A stretch of DNA of 64,000 bases from Alphaproteobacteria bacterium (GTDB lineage Bacteria > Pseudomonadota > Alphaproteobacteria > Bin95). Location: contig OZ224045.1 in the NCBI GenBank assembly GCA_963665325.3, forward strand, positions 1,280,001 to 1,344,000, written 5' to 3'. Under the pieces are notes generated by a model. The model ran no database searches, was not told where the DNA came from, and was given only the letters and a program-made list of their open reading frames with translations. Every line of letters begins with the position of its first letter. The stretch's first letter is position 1. Made by a program: the position numbers and the translations under genes. Below, in pieces: positions 47,835 through 57,554 of the stretch.

Positions 47835-50800
47835 TCAGAACCGCGCCGTCAGCCGGATACCGAGACTGTGCTCGGGCTCTGCATTGTCGTTGGCGCTCTC
47901 CTGCCGCCTGGCCTCGAAGGAGAGCTCCAGCGAGCCGATGCCGCCGGGCCGCGGGTCGCGGGCGAACCGCCAGCCCAGGCTGTAGTCCCGCCGGCCTTCG
48001 GACATCCCGAAGCCCAGCTCCGGCGTCGAGGTGAACCGGTCGCCGAACGCCCCGAAGCCGTAGCCGAGCCGCAACTCCAGGCGCCGGCGGTCGAGCTCGT
48101 TGCCCTCGTCGTTGGCCGCGAGGCCCTCCAGCGTGGTGCGGCCGAGCAGCGCGTCCGCGCCGCCCCTCGCCGACAGGCCCATGGTCTGGGTGAGGCTCAG
48201 GCTCGGGCCCCGGTCCGTGCCCGGCGCCGGGTCCCAGCCGAACGACCCCGCGATGCCGCGCTGGCTGAACCCGGCGCTCTCGTGGGTCAGCAGGCCGCGC
48301 CCGCTCACCTCCGCCCGGATCCCGGTCCCCGGGTCCGACCAGGCGAGACCGCCGCCGAGGTCGAGCCCGAACCCGGTCTCCGCGTCGCCGCCGTCATGGC
48401 GCACGCCGGCCTCGAGACGGGGCTCAAGCGTGCCCGTGCCGATGGCGAGGCCCCGCCACGTCCCCTCGAGGCCGAGCCGCAGGCGCGTCACGTCGCCTTG
48501 CGCCGCCGCCAGGTTGCGCGCATCGTCCTTGCTGCCCCGGACCGCCTCCGAGGAGGTCCGCACGGCAAGCGCGTCGGTCTTCACCGCAAGCTCCGGGCCG
48601 CCGCCCGCCGGCGCTTGCACCACCGTCCCGCGCAGGCCCGCCGCCCCCATCATCAGGTCCATGTCGGTCCGGATCGCCGCCCGGGGCGCGCCGTCGTCAT
48701 CCTCCGGCGTCAGCGTCAGCGTGCCCGCGCCGTAGCCCGCCACGCCCCACACCGTCACCCGCTCGCTCAGCGCGTGCCGGCCCCAGGGATAGAGGCCGGT
48801 CAGCGTCGAGGACACCGTCCCCGCGCCCGCCTCGCCGCGGTAGCCGCCTTCGCCGCGGCTGTGCGACAGGATCAGGCCCAGCGTGCTCCGCTCGCGCGCC
48901 CAGTCCGCGCCCAGCAGTCCGCTCGCCACCTCGCCGTCCAGCGTGAGCCCGTCCTCGCGGCCGTCGAAACGCGACACCGCCGCCCGGCCCCACAGCGACA
49001 CCGCGCCGGGCGCGCCGTCCCCGGGCGCCGCGGTCAGCGAGAACGAGCTCCCCAGCAGCAGCGCGCGCTGCGTCACCGTGCGCGTCTCCAGGCCCGGCCG
49101 CTCCTCTTCCTCCGCCGCGCCCCGCAGCCACGCCGCCAGCCGGCGCTGCCCTTCCTCGGCCTCCGCCCCGGTCTCCCGCGCGCGCTTCGCCAGCGCCGCA
49201 TCCGCCCCGAACAGCGGGCCGAGCCCGATCCGCCGGCCCGCAAGGCTCACCTCCGCGCCCGGGGTCCGCGGCGCCCGCATCCGCGACTCCACCGCATCGA
49301 TCACCTGCTCGGCCACCGTGCGCCCGAACCGCGCGAGCCACGCCTGCGGCATCAGGTCGGTGTTCTCGATCGTCCCCGTCGCCTCGCCGTCCGCAATCCG
49401 CGCCCCCGACGGGTTCGAGAGGCGCAGCACCAGCGTCTCGTTGCCCTCGTCGTGCAGGTCGTCGAGCACGGCGACCTCGACGGTCTTCGCCGTCTCGCCC
49501 GCGGCGAAGGTGAGCGTCCCCGACGCGGCCGTGTAGTCCTCGCCCGCCGTCGCGGTCCCGTTCTCGGTCGCGTAGTCGACCGTCACCGTGTCGTGCCGCG
49601 TCCGGTCGAGCGTGACCGCGAACGCGAGCACCGCTCCGGCCGCCTCCTCGACCGTGGCGTCGGCGACGCTGATCGCCACCGGTCCGGGGATCGTCACGCT
49701 GATCCCCGTCTCGAGCTTCCCGCCCGCGGCGGTGCAAAGAGCCCCGGCGGCGGCGCAGTCGGCGGTCGGGTTGAGCGTGACGGCGATCGGCCGGAAGTCA
49801 TGGGGCCGAAGCGCCGAGCGGTAGAGCTTGTTCGTGTCGTCGAGCGGCTTCACGCCCCACTTTGCGGCTCGCGTCATCGTGAGCGACGCCGCCACCGCGT
49901 TTCTGCCTCCGGTGGGCGGCTCGCTGAAGCGTACGTGCAGGTCGAGGCGCGTCTTGCCCTGGTGCTCCTTGGGCACGTTCTCGAATGTGGCGGTGATGGG
50001 AGCCGGCGGCGGCGGCGCCGAGGCCGGTCCCGGGACGGAGAAGCCGATCAGGCTCTCCAGCTTCCGCCCGTCGCTTGTGCAAAGGGCGTTCTCCGCCGTG
50101 CAGTCGGTCGTCGGGAAAAGCGACAGCCGCACGTCGGCGTCTCCGCTTGGTTCGATCTCGACCCGCCGGTGCGCTTCGTCGCCGTTGGCGGCGCCGCCGA
50201 CCACGCGCACGCGCAGGATGGTGCCCCCGCTGATCTGCAGCGCTGCCTTGATGTTGAAGTTCTTCACGTTGGCGGGCGCTTCGCTGAAGCGCAGGAACAC
50301 GTTGAACGCGCTCGCCCCGTCGTGGGTGCCGGGGCCGTCCTCGAACGCTGCGGTGAACGGCCCGGCGTCCTCGCCCTCGACCGTCGCGGTCACCGTCGCA
50401 GAGAGGCCTTCGCCCCCGGCGGTGCAGAGCACGCCCGGGTCGCCGCACGCGCCGCCCGCCTCGACCGTGAGGGTGATGTCGCCGGCGCCGTCCGGGTCGA
50501 CGGTGATCCGCCACTCGTCGGTCTGTCCGTTGACGGAGGTGGCGCTGCCGACCGACCCGCCCGTGACCTTGACGACGTTGTCGCGCACGTCATCCGCGTC
50601 ATTCGCGATGGCCTCGCTCAGCACGATGCGGAAGGTGAACGGCGTCGCGCCGTCATGGCTCCCCGGGACGTCCTCGAAGGCCGCGGTCAGCGCCGCCGCC
50701 TCTTCCTCCTGCGTCGCGCTCTGGAGCGTGCCGGTGCACGCCAGCCACACGTCCTCCTCGGGCTTGCAATTGTGGAGCCCGACGCCCGCGTTGTAGCAGT

Positions 50801-53800
50801 GGTGCAGCCCGGTCGGACCCGGAGACCCCGCCGGCCTCCAGTGCTTGTCGGTCTCCGAGACGCAGCGCACGTCGTCGAGCCAGATCTTCAGCGTTTGCGC
50901 GGCCTTGCCGGCGTTGGAGACCATCGCGCCGGTCTCGAATCCCGCCCACCGGCAGGCCAGATGCGCCGCCTGGTTGGGCACCTTCGTGCTTTCGGGGGTG
51001 CCGGGGTCGTCGAAGTCGCGGTCGAAGCGGTCGTCGCACACCGAGCCCCATCTGCCTCTGAAGAACACCTCCAGCCGGCCCTCGGCGTCGCCGTCCGCGG
51101 GGTCGTAGGCGTTGCCATTCCCGTCGGTCAGCTGGGTGTCGCCCTTGTCCGCCTCCGTGGTCCGGTTGGTCACGGGCCAGTTCGCAAACGTCGCCACCTC
51201 CTTGCCGGACCCGTCCTCGAGCCGGTTGTCGTCGTCCGTCCCGGGCACCGTGTAGCCCACTGTCACCGTGTCGCCGGGCGCCACCGCCGAGGCCAGCGTC
51301 AGCGTCACCCTGGCGCCGTCGATCGACGGGGCGCCGCTCAGCGTCACCGTCGCCTCCGTGCCGCTGCCGGACGGCGTCACCTTCACCGTGAAGGCGCCGC
51401 TGGCGAGTTTGGACGCCGCCGCCAGCGGCTCGTCGAAGGTGATCACAAGCTCGTCGCCGTCGACCTTGGCGGAACTCACCGCCGGGGCGGTGGTGTCGGA
51501 CCGGGTCACCGTCACCGTGTAGGTCTTCATCGTCGTGCCGTCCTCGGCCGTCACCTTCACCTTGATGGTGTTCTCGCCCACCTCGAGCGCCACCTGCTGG
51601 CCCGTGGCCACGGTGTCGTCGTCGGGGATGTCCACGTCACCGGCGTCGAGGTAGTCCGCGCTCGCGCCGCTGTCGGAGAAGGTCGGCGCCACGGTGATCT
51701 GCGAGACTCCGTTCGCCACCGTCGCGGTGTAATTCTCGGTATTCGACGCGAACGCCGGCGTGAGGTCGACCGAGGCGGTGCCCGCGGTCAGGACGAGGGC
51801 GCTCAGGGTGGCGTCGTCGGACACGCCGGTGTTGTTGGTCACCGGATAGTCGGTCTCCGCAGACGCGTCGAGGCCCGATAGGTCCTGCAGCGGGCTGGAC
51901 GTCGGCACCGCGTAGCTCACCTTCACCGTGTCCGAGGCGACCACCGCCGCCGTCAGCGTCAGCGTCACCTTCGCGCCGCTGATCGTCGGCGAGCCGCTCA
52001 GCGACACCGTAGCCTCGGTGCCGCCGGACGGGGTCTTCTTCACCGTGAACTGGGCCAACGCCGGGACCGAGCCCGTGTCCAGGTTCTCGTGGTAGGTCAG
52101 CACCAGCGAGGTGGCGTCCACCGTCGCCCCGGTCAGGACCGGCGGCAGGTTCGCGCTCACCGTCACCTTCTGGCCGTCAAACCAGGCCAGGTCCGCGGGA
52201 CGGGACCATTGGTACGTATCGTCGTTGGTGGACTCGGAATCCGCATCAGCCGCGAACGTCGTCCCGCCGAAGTTGAACGTCGTGCCGCGCGGCACGCGGC
52301 CGGTCTCGAAGCTGATCACCACAAGTTCGGCCTGCAAGACCGACGTCGACTCGTTCAGCCGAAGCCGATCGACGACATAGGTCGTCCCCCCATGTGGAAG
52401 GGTCTTGTTGGCAAGCGTTCCTTTGTCCCCCTCCTCGAATCCGTAATAGACCGCAACTCCCTGATTATCCGCCTCCACCGTCATCGTGGTGCACCAGTTG
52501 GCGCCGGCGGCCTCGCGGACGGAGCAGGCCTCCGGCGCGGCGATCACCTCAATGTCGAAGGTGTCGCTCACCGTGGCGTTCGTCGCGCCCGAACCGTCGT
52601 CCGCCGTCACCTTCACCGAGACCGTCCCGACGTCCGTGTCCGCAGGCGTGCCCGAGAAAGTCCGCGTCCCGGCGTCGAAGGAGAGCCAGGTCGGCAGCGT
52701 CGTGTCGTCGTCCTGCGCCGCCGTGTAGGTCAGCGCGTCGCCAGTGTCCGTGTCGTCGAAGGTGTCATCATCAAACGTGAAGCTGAACGCCGTTCCCGCC
52801 TGGGCCGACTGGTCCGGGATCGCATTCGCGACCGTCGGGGCGGTGTTGGTCGCGCCGGTGTTGTTGGTCACCGGATAGTCGGTCTCCGCAGACGCGTCGA
52901 GGCCCGATAGGTCCTGCAGCGGGCTGGACGCCGGCACCGCGTAGCTCACCTTCACCGCGTCATCGGTGGCGACCACCGCCTCGTCCAGCGTCAGCGTCAC
53001 CTTGGTGCCGCTGATCGTCGGCGAGCCGCTCAGATCCACGTCCTCCTCGCTGCCGCCCGACGGGGTCTTCTTCACCGTGAACTGGGCCAACGCCGGCACC
53101 GAGTTCGTGTCCAGGTTCTCCGCATAGGTCAGGACCAGGGAGGCGCCGTCCACCGTCGCGGAGACCAGCGTCGGCGGCAGGTTCGCGCTCGCCGTCACCT
53201 TCTGGCCGACGAACCAGGCGAAGCCCGATGGCAGGTTCCAGGCGTACGTACCGTTCGTCCCATCCGCGGTGAACAGGCTTCCGCCGAGATTGAACACGGT
53301 GCCCGGGTGGATGAAGGCGTTCAGCTTCACCGACATCACAGTATCGGTATGTTGGATGTGCGTGATGGACCAAGTCCTACCGCCGTATTCGATATCCCGG
53401 TCGTCCGCGTCCATCGATCCGTAGGCATTGGGCCCTTTCCACCCGTAGAGGGCGGAATTGGCGTCCGTCCCCACCGTCAGCGTCGTGCACCAGTTGGCGC
53501 CGGCGGCCTCGCGGACGGAACACGCCTCCGGCCCGGCGATCACCACGATGTCGAAGGTGTCGCTCACCGAGTCGGTGCCGTCGCTGGCCGTCACCTTCAC
53601 CGAGACCGTCCCGACGTCCGTGGCCGCGGGCGTGCCCGTGAAGGTCCGCGTCGTGGCATTGAAGGAAAGCCAGGTCGGCAGATTACTGTCGTCGTCCTGC
53701 GCCGCCGTGTATTCCAGCGTGTCGCCGGCGTCGGCGTCGTCGAAGGTGTCCGCCGGGAACTGGTAGCTGAACGCCGTCCCCGCCTGAGCCGCCTGGTCGG

Positions 53801-56800
53801 GGATCTCATTCTCGACCGTCGGGGCGTTGTTGGTCGCGCCGGTGTTGTTGGTCACCGTATGGTCGGTCGAGCCGAAGCCGGCTGCGGCGATCCCGGACAC
53901 GTCCTGCACCGGGTTCGTCGCGGGCACCGTGTAGCTCACCGTCACCGCCTGGCCGCTGCTCACCGCCGACGCCAGCGTCAGCGTCACCTTGTCGGCGGCG
54001 ATGCCCACGTTCGACGGATTCGCCGCCGCGCCGCTGTCCACCGATACCGAATACGCGCCCACCCCCGGGACCGAGCTCGTGTCCAGGTTCTCCACATAGG
54101 TCAGCACCAGCGAGGCGCCGTCCACCGTCGCCCCGGTCACCTCGGGCGGCAGGTTCGCGCTCACCGTCACCTTCTGGCCGACAATCCAGGCAAGGCCCGC
54201 GGGAAGGTCCCACCGGTACCTGGTGTTGTCGCTGTGTTCGGACGCCGCGTTCGCCGTGAACGACTCCCCGCCGAAGTCGAACGCCGTGTCGTGCGGCACC
54301 CGCCCGGTCTGGAAATCGACGATCACTCCATCGGTGCCGCTGTTGGCGTCCCAGATCCAGACACCGCGCACCTCCCACGTTCGGCCATGGTCGATGGTGC
54401 CTTCGACGAGCCCGCCGTAGTCGTTGTGCGCGAAACCGTAGGCCGTGCCGGAGCCCCCGGCGCTCTCCCCCACCGTCATCGTCGTGCACCAGTTGGCGCC
54501 GGCGGCCTCGCGGACGGAACACGCCTCCGGCGCGGCGATCACCTCGATGTCGAAGGTATCGCTCACCGTGGCGTTCGTCACGCCCGAACCGTCGTCCGCC
54601 GTCACCTTGACGGAAATCGTCCCCACGTGCGTGTCCGCAGGCGTGCCCGAGAAGGTCCGGGTCCCGGGGGTGAACGTCAGCCAGGTCGGCAGCGTCGAGT
54701 CGCCGTCCTCCACCGCCGTGTAGGTCAGCGTGTCGCCGGCGTCGGCGTCGTCGAAGGTGTCATCATCAAACGTGAAGCTGAACGCCGTTCCCGCCTGGGC
54801 CGTTTGGTCCGGGATCTCATTCTCGACCGTCGGGGCGGTGTTGGTGACGGGCCTCGACAGCGCCAACCCCACGGAGCCCGCCGTGGCCCAGTCGAGAGTG
54901 GTGTTGGACCAAGTGTAGCTGTTGATGTGGCCGAGAGACACGGAATGAGACGCAGCGCTCGCGTCGAAGGTGGTATTGCAGACATGCAATCTCAGAGCCG
55001 CCCGGTCGCCTGCGGGCAACTCGCTCTCCAGAACAAAGGCGAGGTTCGTGGGCGTTGAGTAGATTAAATTGTCACCTCCAAGGGTGATGCCAATGATTGT
55101 GTGATCGTCTCCTCCCAAATTGACTGTATTGTCGGAAAGATCGCCAAGATTTTCATTGAATCCGAAAAAACCAACAGTTGAACCAAACAAGAAAGACGTT
55201 CCCACCGTCAGGGTGCCCGACCAGACCTCGACGCGGTCGTCGCCCAGGCTGTCGATAGTGCACACCGACTTCACCGCGATGTCGAAGGTGTCGCTCACCG
55301 TGGCGTTCGTCTCGCCCGAGCCGTCGTTCGCCGTCACCTTCACCGAGACCGTCCCCACGTCCGTATCCGCGGGCGTGCCCGAGAAAGTCCGGGTCGAGGC
55401 ATTGAAGGAAAGCCAGGTCGGCAGCGTCGTGTCGTCGTCCTGCGCCGCCGTGTAGGTCAGCGTGTCGGCGGTGTCGGCGTCGTCGAAGGTGTCCGCCGGG
55501 AACTGGTAGCTGAACGCCGTCCCCGCCTGGACCGCCTGGTCGGGGATCTCGTTCTCGACCGTCGGGGCGTTGTTGGTGGGCGTGGGCGTGATGGTGGTGC
55601 CGACCGGACAGATCTGCGTCGCGGTGCGCAGGCACACGGGCACCATTGCGCCGATCGCGAGCGTGGTCGCGAACTGGCTGCTGCTGAGCGACGGCGCGTT
55701 GGCGAGCAGCCACGTGTCGGTCCAGGCAACGTCCGTATTGCCGCGACCGCTGGAACCGCTGAAGGGCAGCCTCTCGCCCGCCACCTCCAGAACGAGGCCG
55801 TCCGCGTGCGACCCATCGAAGTCCAAGCCGTTGTGGAGTGCTGCAAAATAGAACGTCCCAGTCCCCACAGCCTTGGATAGCGAGCTCACGGCCGCGTGCA
55901 CGCTGTTATAGGTAAGCGCGCTGTCGGCGAGGGCTCCTTTTGTGCCACCGGAGTTATAGCCCCGCCCCCCATCGGTGATCTCCCCCACCGTCATGGTCGT
56001 GGACCAGAGGGGAGTGGTGTCGGCGCTCACCACGATGTCGAAGGTGTCGCTCGCCGTCAGGCCGCCCGGATCGGTGGCCGTCACCTTCACCGAGATCCGC
56101 CCGACGTCCGTGTCCGCAGGCGTGCCCGAGAAGGTCCGCGTCGTGCCGTCGAGGGAAAGCCATGCCGGCAACGCCGTGATGCCGTCGGCCAGCGTCGCCG
56201 TGTAGGTCAGCGTGTCGCTGTTGGCGTCGCTGAAGGTGTCCGCCGGGAACGTGTAGCTGAATGCGGTGCTCGGCGTCGCCGTCTGGTCGGGGATCGGATT
56301 GTCGAGCGTCGGGGCGGAAAGATCCGGACAGGTCTGCGCCGCGGTGCGCAGGCAGACGGCCATCTTGTTGCCGACCGCGAGCGTGGTCTGGTACTGGCTG
56401 CTGCTGAGCGACGGCGCGTTGGCGAGCAGCCACGTGTCGGTCCATCGAACGGTAGTAGATGTGCGATTGTCGGCACCGCTGAAGAGCAGCTCCTCGCCCG
56501 CCACCTCCAGAACGAGGCCGTCCGCATGCGACTGACCGAAGTTCGCTTCGCCGTGGATAACACCAAATTCGAAGGGATCAGCCCCCGACTCTTTGACCAA
56601 GACGCCCACTCTCGTGTCAGTGCTGTTATAGGTTAACTCTGCGTCGCCCATAGTTCCATTTGACCAAGAGGCGTTGAACCCTCGGGCCGCATTGCTGGTT
56701 TCCCCCACCGTCATGGTCGTGGACCAGATGGGGTCGGTGCCCTGCGCCTGGGCCGGCGAGGCGAACGTGCCCGCGAGCGCCAGGGCGAGGCAGGCCCACA

Positions 56801-57155
56801 GCAGGCCGGCCGCCGGGGCGAGGCGCAACCGGCGCGGCAGGCGCCCGGCGAGCGACGAGGCGGGGGCGGCAAGCCCCGCTAGGGAGCGGGGGCGGAAGCT
56901 CAGGCGGCGGGACGGGCGCTCCCGCCGGGCGCTCTCGGCGCGGCCCATGGCGTCAGCCGCGCCGCGCTGAAGTTGAACGAATCGCAGTGAACCGCCCGGA
57001 CGCCGGACGCAGCTCGGCTCTCGGCTCTCGGCTCTCGGCTCTCGGCTCTCGGCTCTCGGCTCTCGGCTCTCGGCTCTCGGCTCTCGGCTCTCGGCTCTCG
57101 GCTCTCGGCTCTTACTTACCGGGCCTGCAACATCCCCCTTCTCGCAGAGAAACAT
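47835..57155 (-). CDS. Giant autotransporter-type adhesin with putative Ig/cadherin-like, SwmB-like, SRCR and Calx-beta domains and a C-terminal beta-barrel
   Basis: Signal-like LALALAGTFASPAQA; repeated NAPTVENEIPDQ...LPTWLSF...RTFSGTP; ATVDGASLVLTY; SRCR EGRLEV...WGSVCDD; TATAGEDY...GTLTFAAGET; AWLARFGRTVA barrel ending in Phe. Start uncertain. Confidence 0.88.
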   Translation of the reverse strand: MFLCEKGDVAGPVSKSREPRAESREPRAESREPRAESREPRAESREPSCVRRPGGSLRFVQLQRGAADAMGRAESARRERPSRRLSFRPRSLAGLAAPASSLAGRLPRRLRLAPAAGLLWACLALALAGTFASPAQAQGTDPIWSTTMTVGETSNAARGFNASWSNGTMGDAELTYNSTDTRVGVLVKESGADPFEFGVIHGEANFGQSHADGLVLEVAGEELLFSGADNRTSTTVRWTDTWLLANAPSLSSSQYQTTLAVGNKMAVCLRTAAQTCPDLSAPTLDNPIPDQTATPSTAFSYTFPADTFSDANSDTLTYTATLADGITALPAWLSLDGTTRTFSGTPADTDVGRISVKVTATDPGGLTASDTFDIVVSADTTPLWSTTMTVGEITDGGRGYNSGGTKGALADSALTYNSVHAAVSSLSKAVGTGTFYFAALHNGLDFDGSHADGLVLEVAGERLPFSGSSGRGNTDVAWTDTWLLANAPSLSSSQFATTLAIGAMVPVCLRTATQICPVGTTITPTPTNNAPTVENEIPDQAVQAGTAFSYQFPADTFDDADTADTLTYTAAQDDDTTLPTWLSFNASTRTFSGTPADTDVGTVSVKVTANDGSGETNATVSDTFDIAVKSVCTIDSLGDDRVEVWSGTLTVGTSFLFGSTVGFFGFNENLGDLSDNTVNLGGDDHTIIGITLGGDNLIYSTPTNLAFVLESELPAGDRAALRLHVCNTTFDASAASHSVSLGHINSYTWSNTTLDWATAGSVGLALSRPVTNTAPTVENEIPDQTAQAGTAFSFTFDDDTFDDADAGDTLTYTAVEDGDSTLPTWLTFTPGTRTFSGTPADTHVGTISVKVTADDGSGVTNATVSDTFDIEVIAAPEACSVREAAGANWCTTMTVGESAGGSGTAYGFAHNDYGGLVEGTIDHGRTWEVRGVWIWDANSGTDGVIVDFQTGRVPHDTAFDFGGESFTANAASEHSDNTRYRWDLPAGLAWIVGQKVTVSANLPPEVTGATVDGASLVLTYVENLDTSSVPGVGAYSVSVDSGAAANPSNVGIAADKVTLTLASAVSSGQAVTVSYTVPATNPVQDVSGIAAAGFGSTDHTVTNNTGATNNAPTVENEIPDQAAQAGTAFSYQFPADTFDDADAGDTLEYTAAQDDDSNLPTWLSFNATTRTFTGTPAATDVGTVSVKVTASDGTDSVSDTFDIVVIAGPEACSVREAAGANWCTTLTVGTDANSALYGWKGPNAYGSMDADDRDIEYGGRTWSITHIQHTDTVMSVKLNAFIHPGTVFNLGGSLFTADGTNGTYAWNLPSGFAWFVGQKVTASANLPPTLVSATVDGASLVLTYAENLDTNSVPALAQFTVKKTPSGGSEEDVDLSGSPTISGTKVTLTLDEAVVATDDAVKVSYAVPASSPLQDLSGLDASAETDYPVTNNTGATNTAPTVANAIPDQSAQAGTAFSFTFDDDTFDDTDTGDALTYTAAQDDDTTLPTWLSFDAGTRTFSGTPADTDVGTVSVKVTADDGSGATNATVSDTFDIEVIAAPEACSVREAAGANWCTTMTVEADNQGVAVYYGFEEGDKGTLANKTLPHGGTTYVVDRLRLNESTSVLQAELVVISFETGRVPRGTTFNFGGTTFAADADSESTNDDTYQWSRPADLAWFDGQKVTVSANLPPVLTGATVDATSLVLTYHENLDTGSVPALAQFTVKKTPSGGTEATVSLSGSPTISGAKVTLTLTAAVVASDTVKVSYAVPTSSPLQDLSGLDASAETDYPVTNNTGVSDDATLSALVLTAGTASVDLTPAFASNTENYTATVANGVSQITVAPTFSDSGASADYLDAGDVDIPDDDTVATGQQVALEVGENTIKVKVTAEDGTTMKTYTVTVTRSDTTAPAVSSAKVDGDELVITFDEPLAAASKLASGAFTVKVTPSGSGTEATVTLSGAPSIDGARVTLTLASAVAPGDTVTVGYTVPGTDDDNRLEDGSGKEVATFANWPVTNRTTEADKGDTQLTDGNGNAYDPADGDAEGRLEVFFRGRWGSVCDDRFDRDFDDPGTPESTKVPNQAAHLACRWAGFETGAMVSNAGKAAQTLKIWLDDVRCVSETDKHWRPAGSPGPTGLHHCYNAGVGLHNCKPEEDVWLACTGTLQSATQEEEAAALTAAFEDVPGSHDGATPFTFRIVLSEAIANDADDVRDNVVKVTGGSVGSATSVNGQTDEWRITVDPDGAGDITLTVEAGGACGDPGVLCTAGGEGLSATVTATVEGEDAGPFTAAFEDGPGTHDGASAFNVFLRFSEAPANVKNFNIKAALQISGGTILRVRVVGGAANGDEAHRRVEIEPSGDADVRLSLFPTTDCTAENALCTSDGRKLESLIGFSVPGPASAPPPPAPITATFENVPKEHQGKTRLDLHVRFSEPPTGGRNAVAASLTMTRAAKWGVKPLDDTNKLYRSALRPHDFRPIAVTLNPTADCAAAGALCTAAGGKLETGISVTIPGPVAISVADATVEEAAGAVLAFAVTLDRTRHDTVTVDYATENGTATAGEDYTAASGTLTFAAGETAKTVEVAVLDDLHDEGNETLVLRLSNPSGARIADGEATGTIENTDLMPQAWLARFGRTVAEQVIDAVESRMRAPRTPGAEVSLAGRRIGLGPLFGADAALAKRARETGAEAEEGQRRLAAWLRGAAEEEERPGLETRTVTQRALLLGSSFSLTAAPGDGAPGAVSLWGRAAVSRFDGREDGLTLDGEVASGLLGADWARERSTLGLILSHSRGEGGYRGEAGAGTVSSTLTGLYPWGRHALSERVTVWGVAGYGAGTLTLTPEDDDGAPRAAIRTDMDLMMGAAGLRGTVVQAPAGGGPELAVKTDALAVRTSSEAVRGSKDDARNLAAAQGDVTRLRLGLEGTWRGLAIGTGTLEPRLEAGVRHDGGDAETGFGLDLGGGLAWSDPGTGIRAEVSGRGLLTHESAGFSQRGIAGSFGWDPAPGTDRGPSLSLTQTMGLSARGGADALLGRTTLEGLAANDEGNELDRRRLELRLGYGFGAFGDRFTSTPELGFGMSEGRRDYSLGWRFARDPRPGGIGSLELSFEARRQESANDNAEPEHSLGIRLTARF
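57013..57112. repeat. Tandem repeat (CTCGGCT)14 in the 5' region of the adhesin gene
   Basis: Fourteen perfect 7-mers at 57013-57110 plus CT; translates as (REPRAES)n on the minus strand. Confidence 0.95.
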
Positions 57156-57554
57156 CCGTCCACCCCCAAAGCCAAACTTCCAATGCAAGCGGCACCGTTC
57201 CCTCGGAGGGCCCTACGAGGCGCTGCGCGACCGAGGTCAAGACCACGTTTCAGTGGAAGGATGGCAAAAACTTCATGGACACAATGTGAATAATCTCGTT
57301 TATTCAGTGTTACTTTCATGTAATCCATGCCGGAATGGCATGGACTAAGGCCCCGTTAGGCATTCGCCGGGGCAGCGGCGCGCGTCAGCGGCGGTCCGAT
57401 TCGCCCGGCGATTCGCATCGCAATCCAAGGGAACCGGACGGACGGGCCGGGGCCTGCCGGCCCGCCTGCGTTTCATCTTGTCGCCACTGATATCCGGCCA
57501 TTATTCACGCACCGTTCATGAATAATCTGGAAGACTGGCCACCGGCGTCCGGAC

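Noticed and set aside
47613-51881. 1422-aa plus-strand ORF, and similar long ORFs at 4448-6100, 11396-12859, 37278-38804, 43523-45061, 45887-48034 and 59594-61714
   Set aside because: These are antisense or alternate-frame shadows of well-supported genes in high-GC DNA, Arg/Pro/Ala-rich and without motifs.
51830-56740. Diversity-generating retroelement acting on the adhesin repeats
   Set aside because: No reverse transcriptase in the window, and the repeat differences are not adenine-specific.
57013-57112. Possible CRISPR array
   Set aside because: Pure 7-bp tandem repeat without spacers; no cas genes in the window. The adhesin's internal repeats are coding domain repeats.
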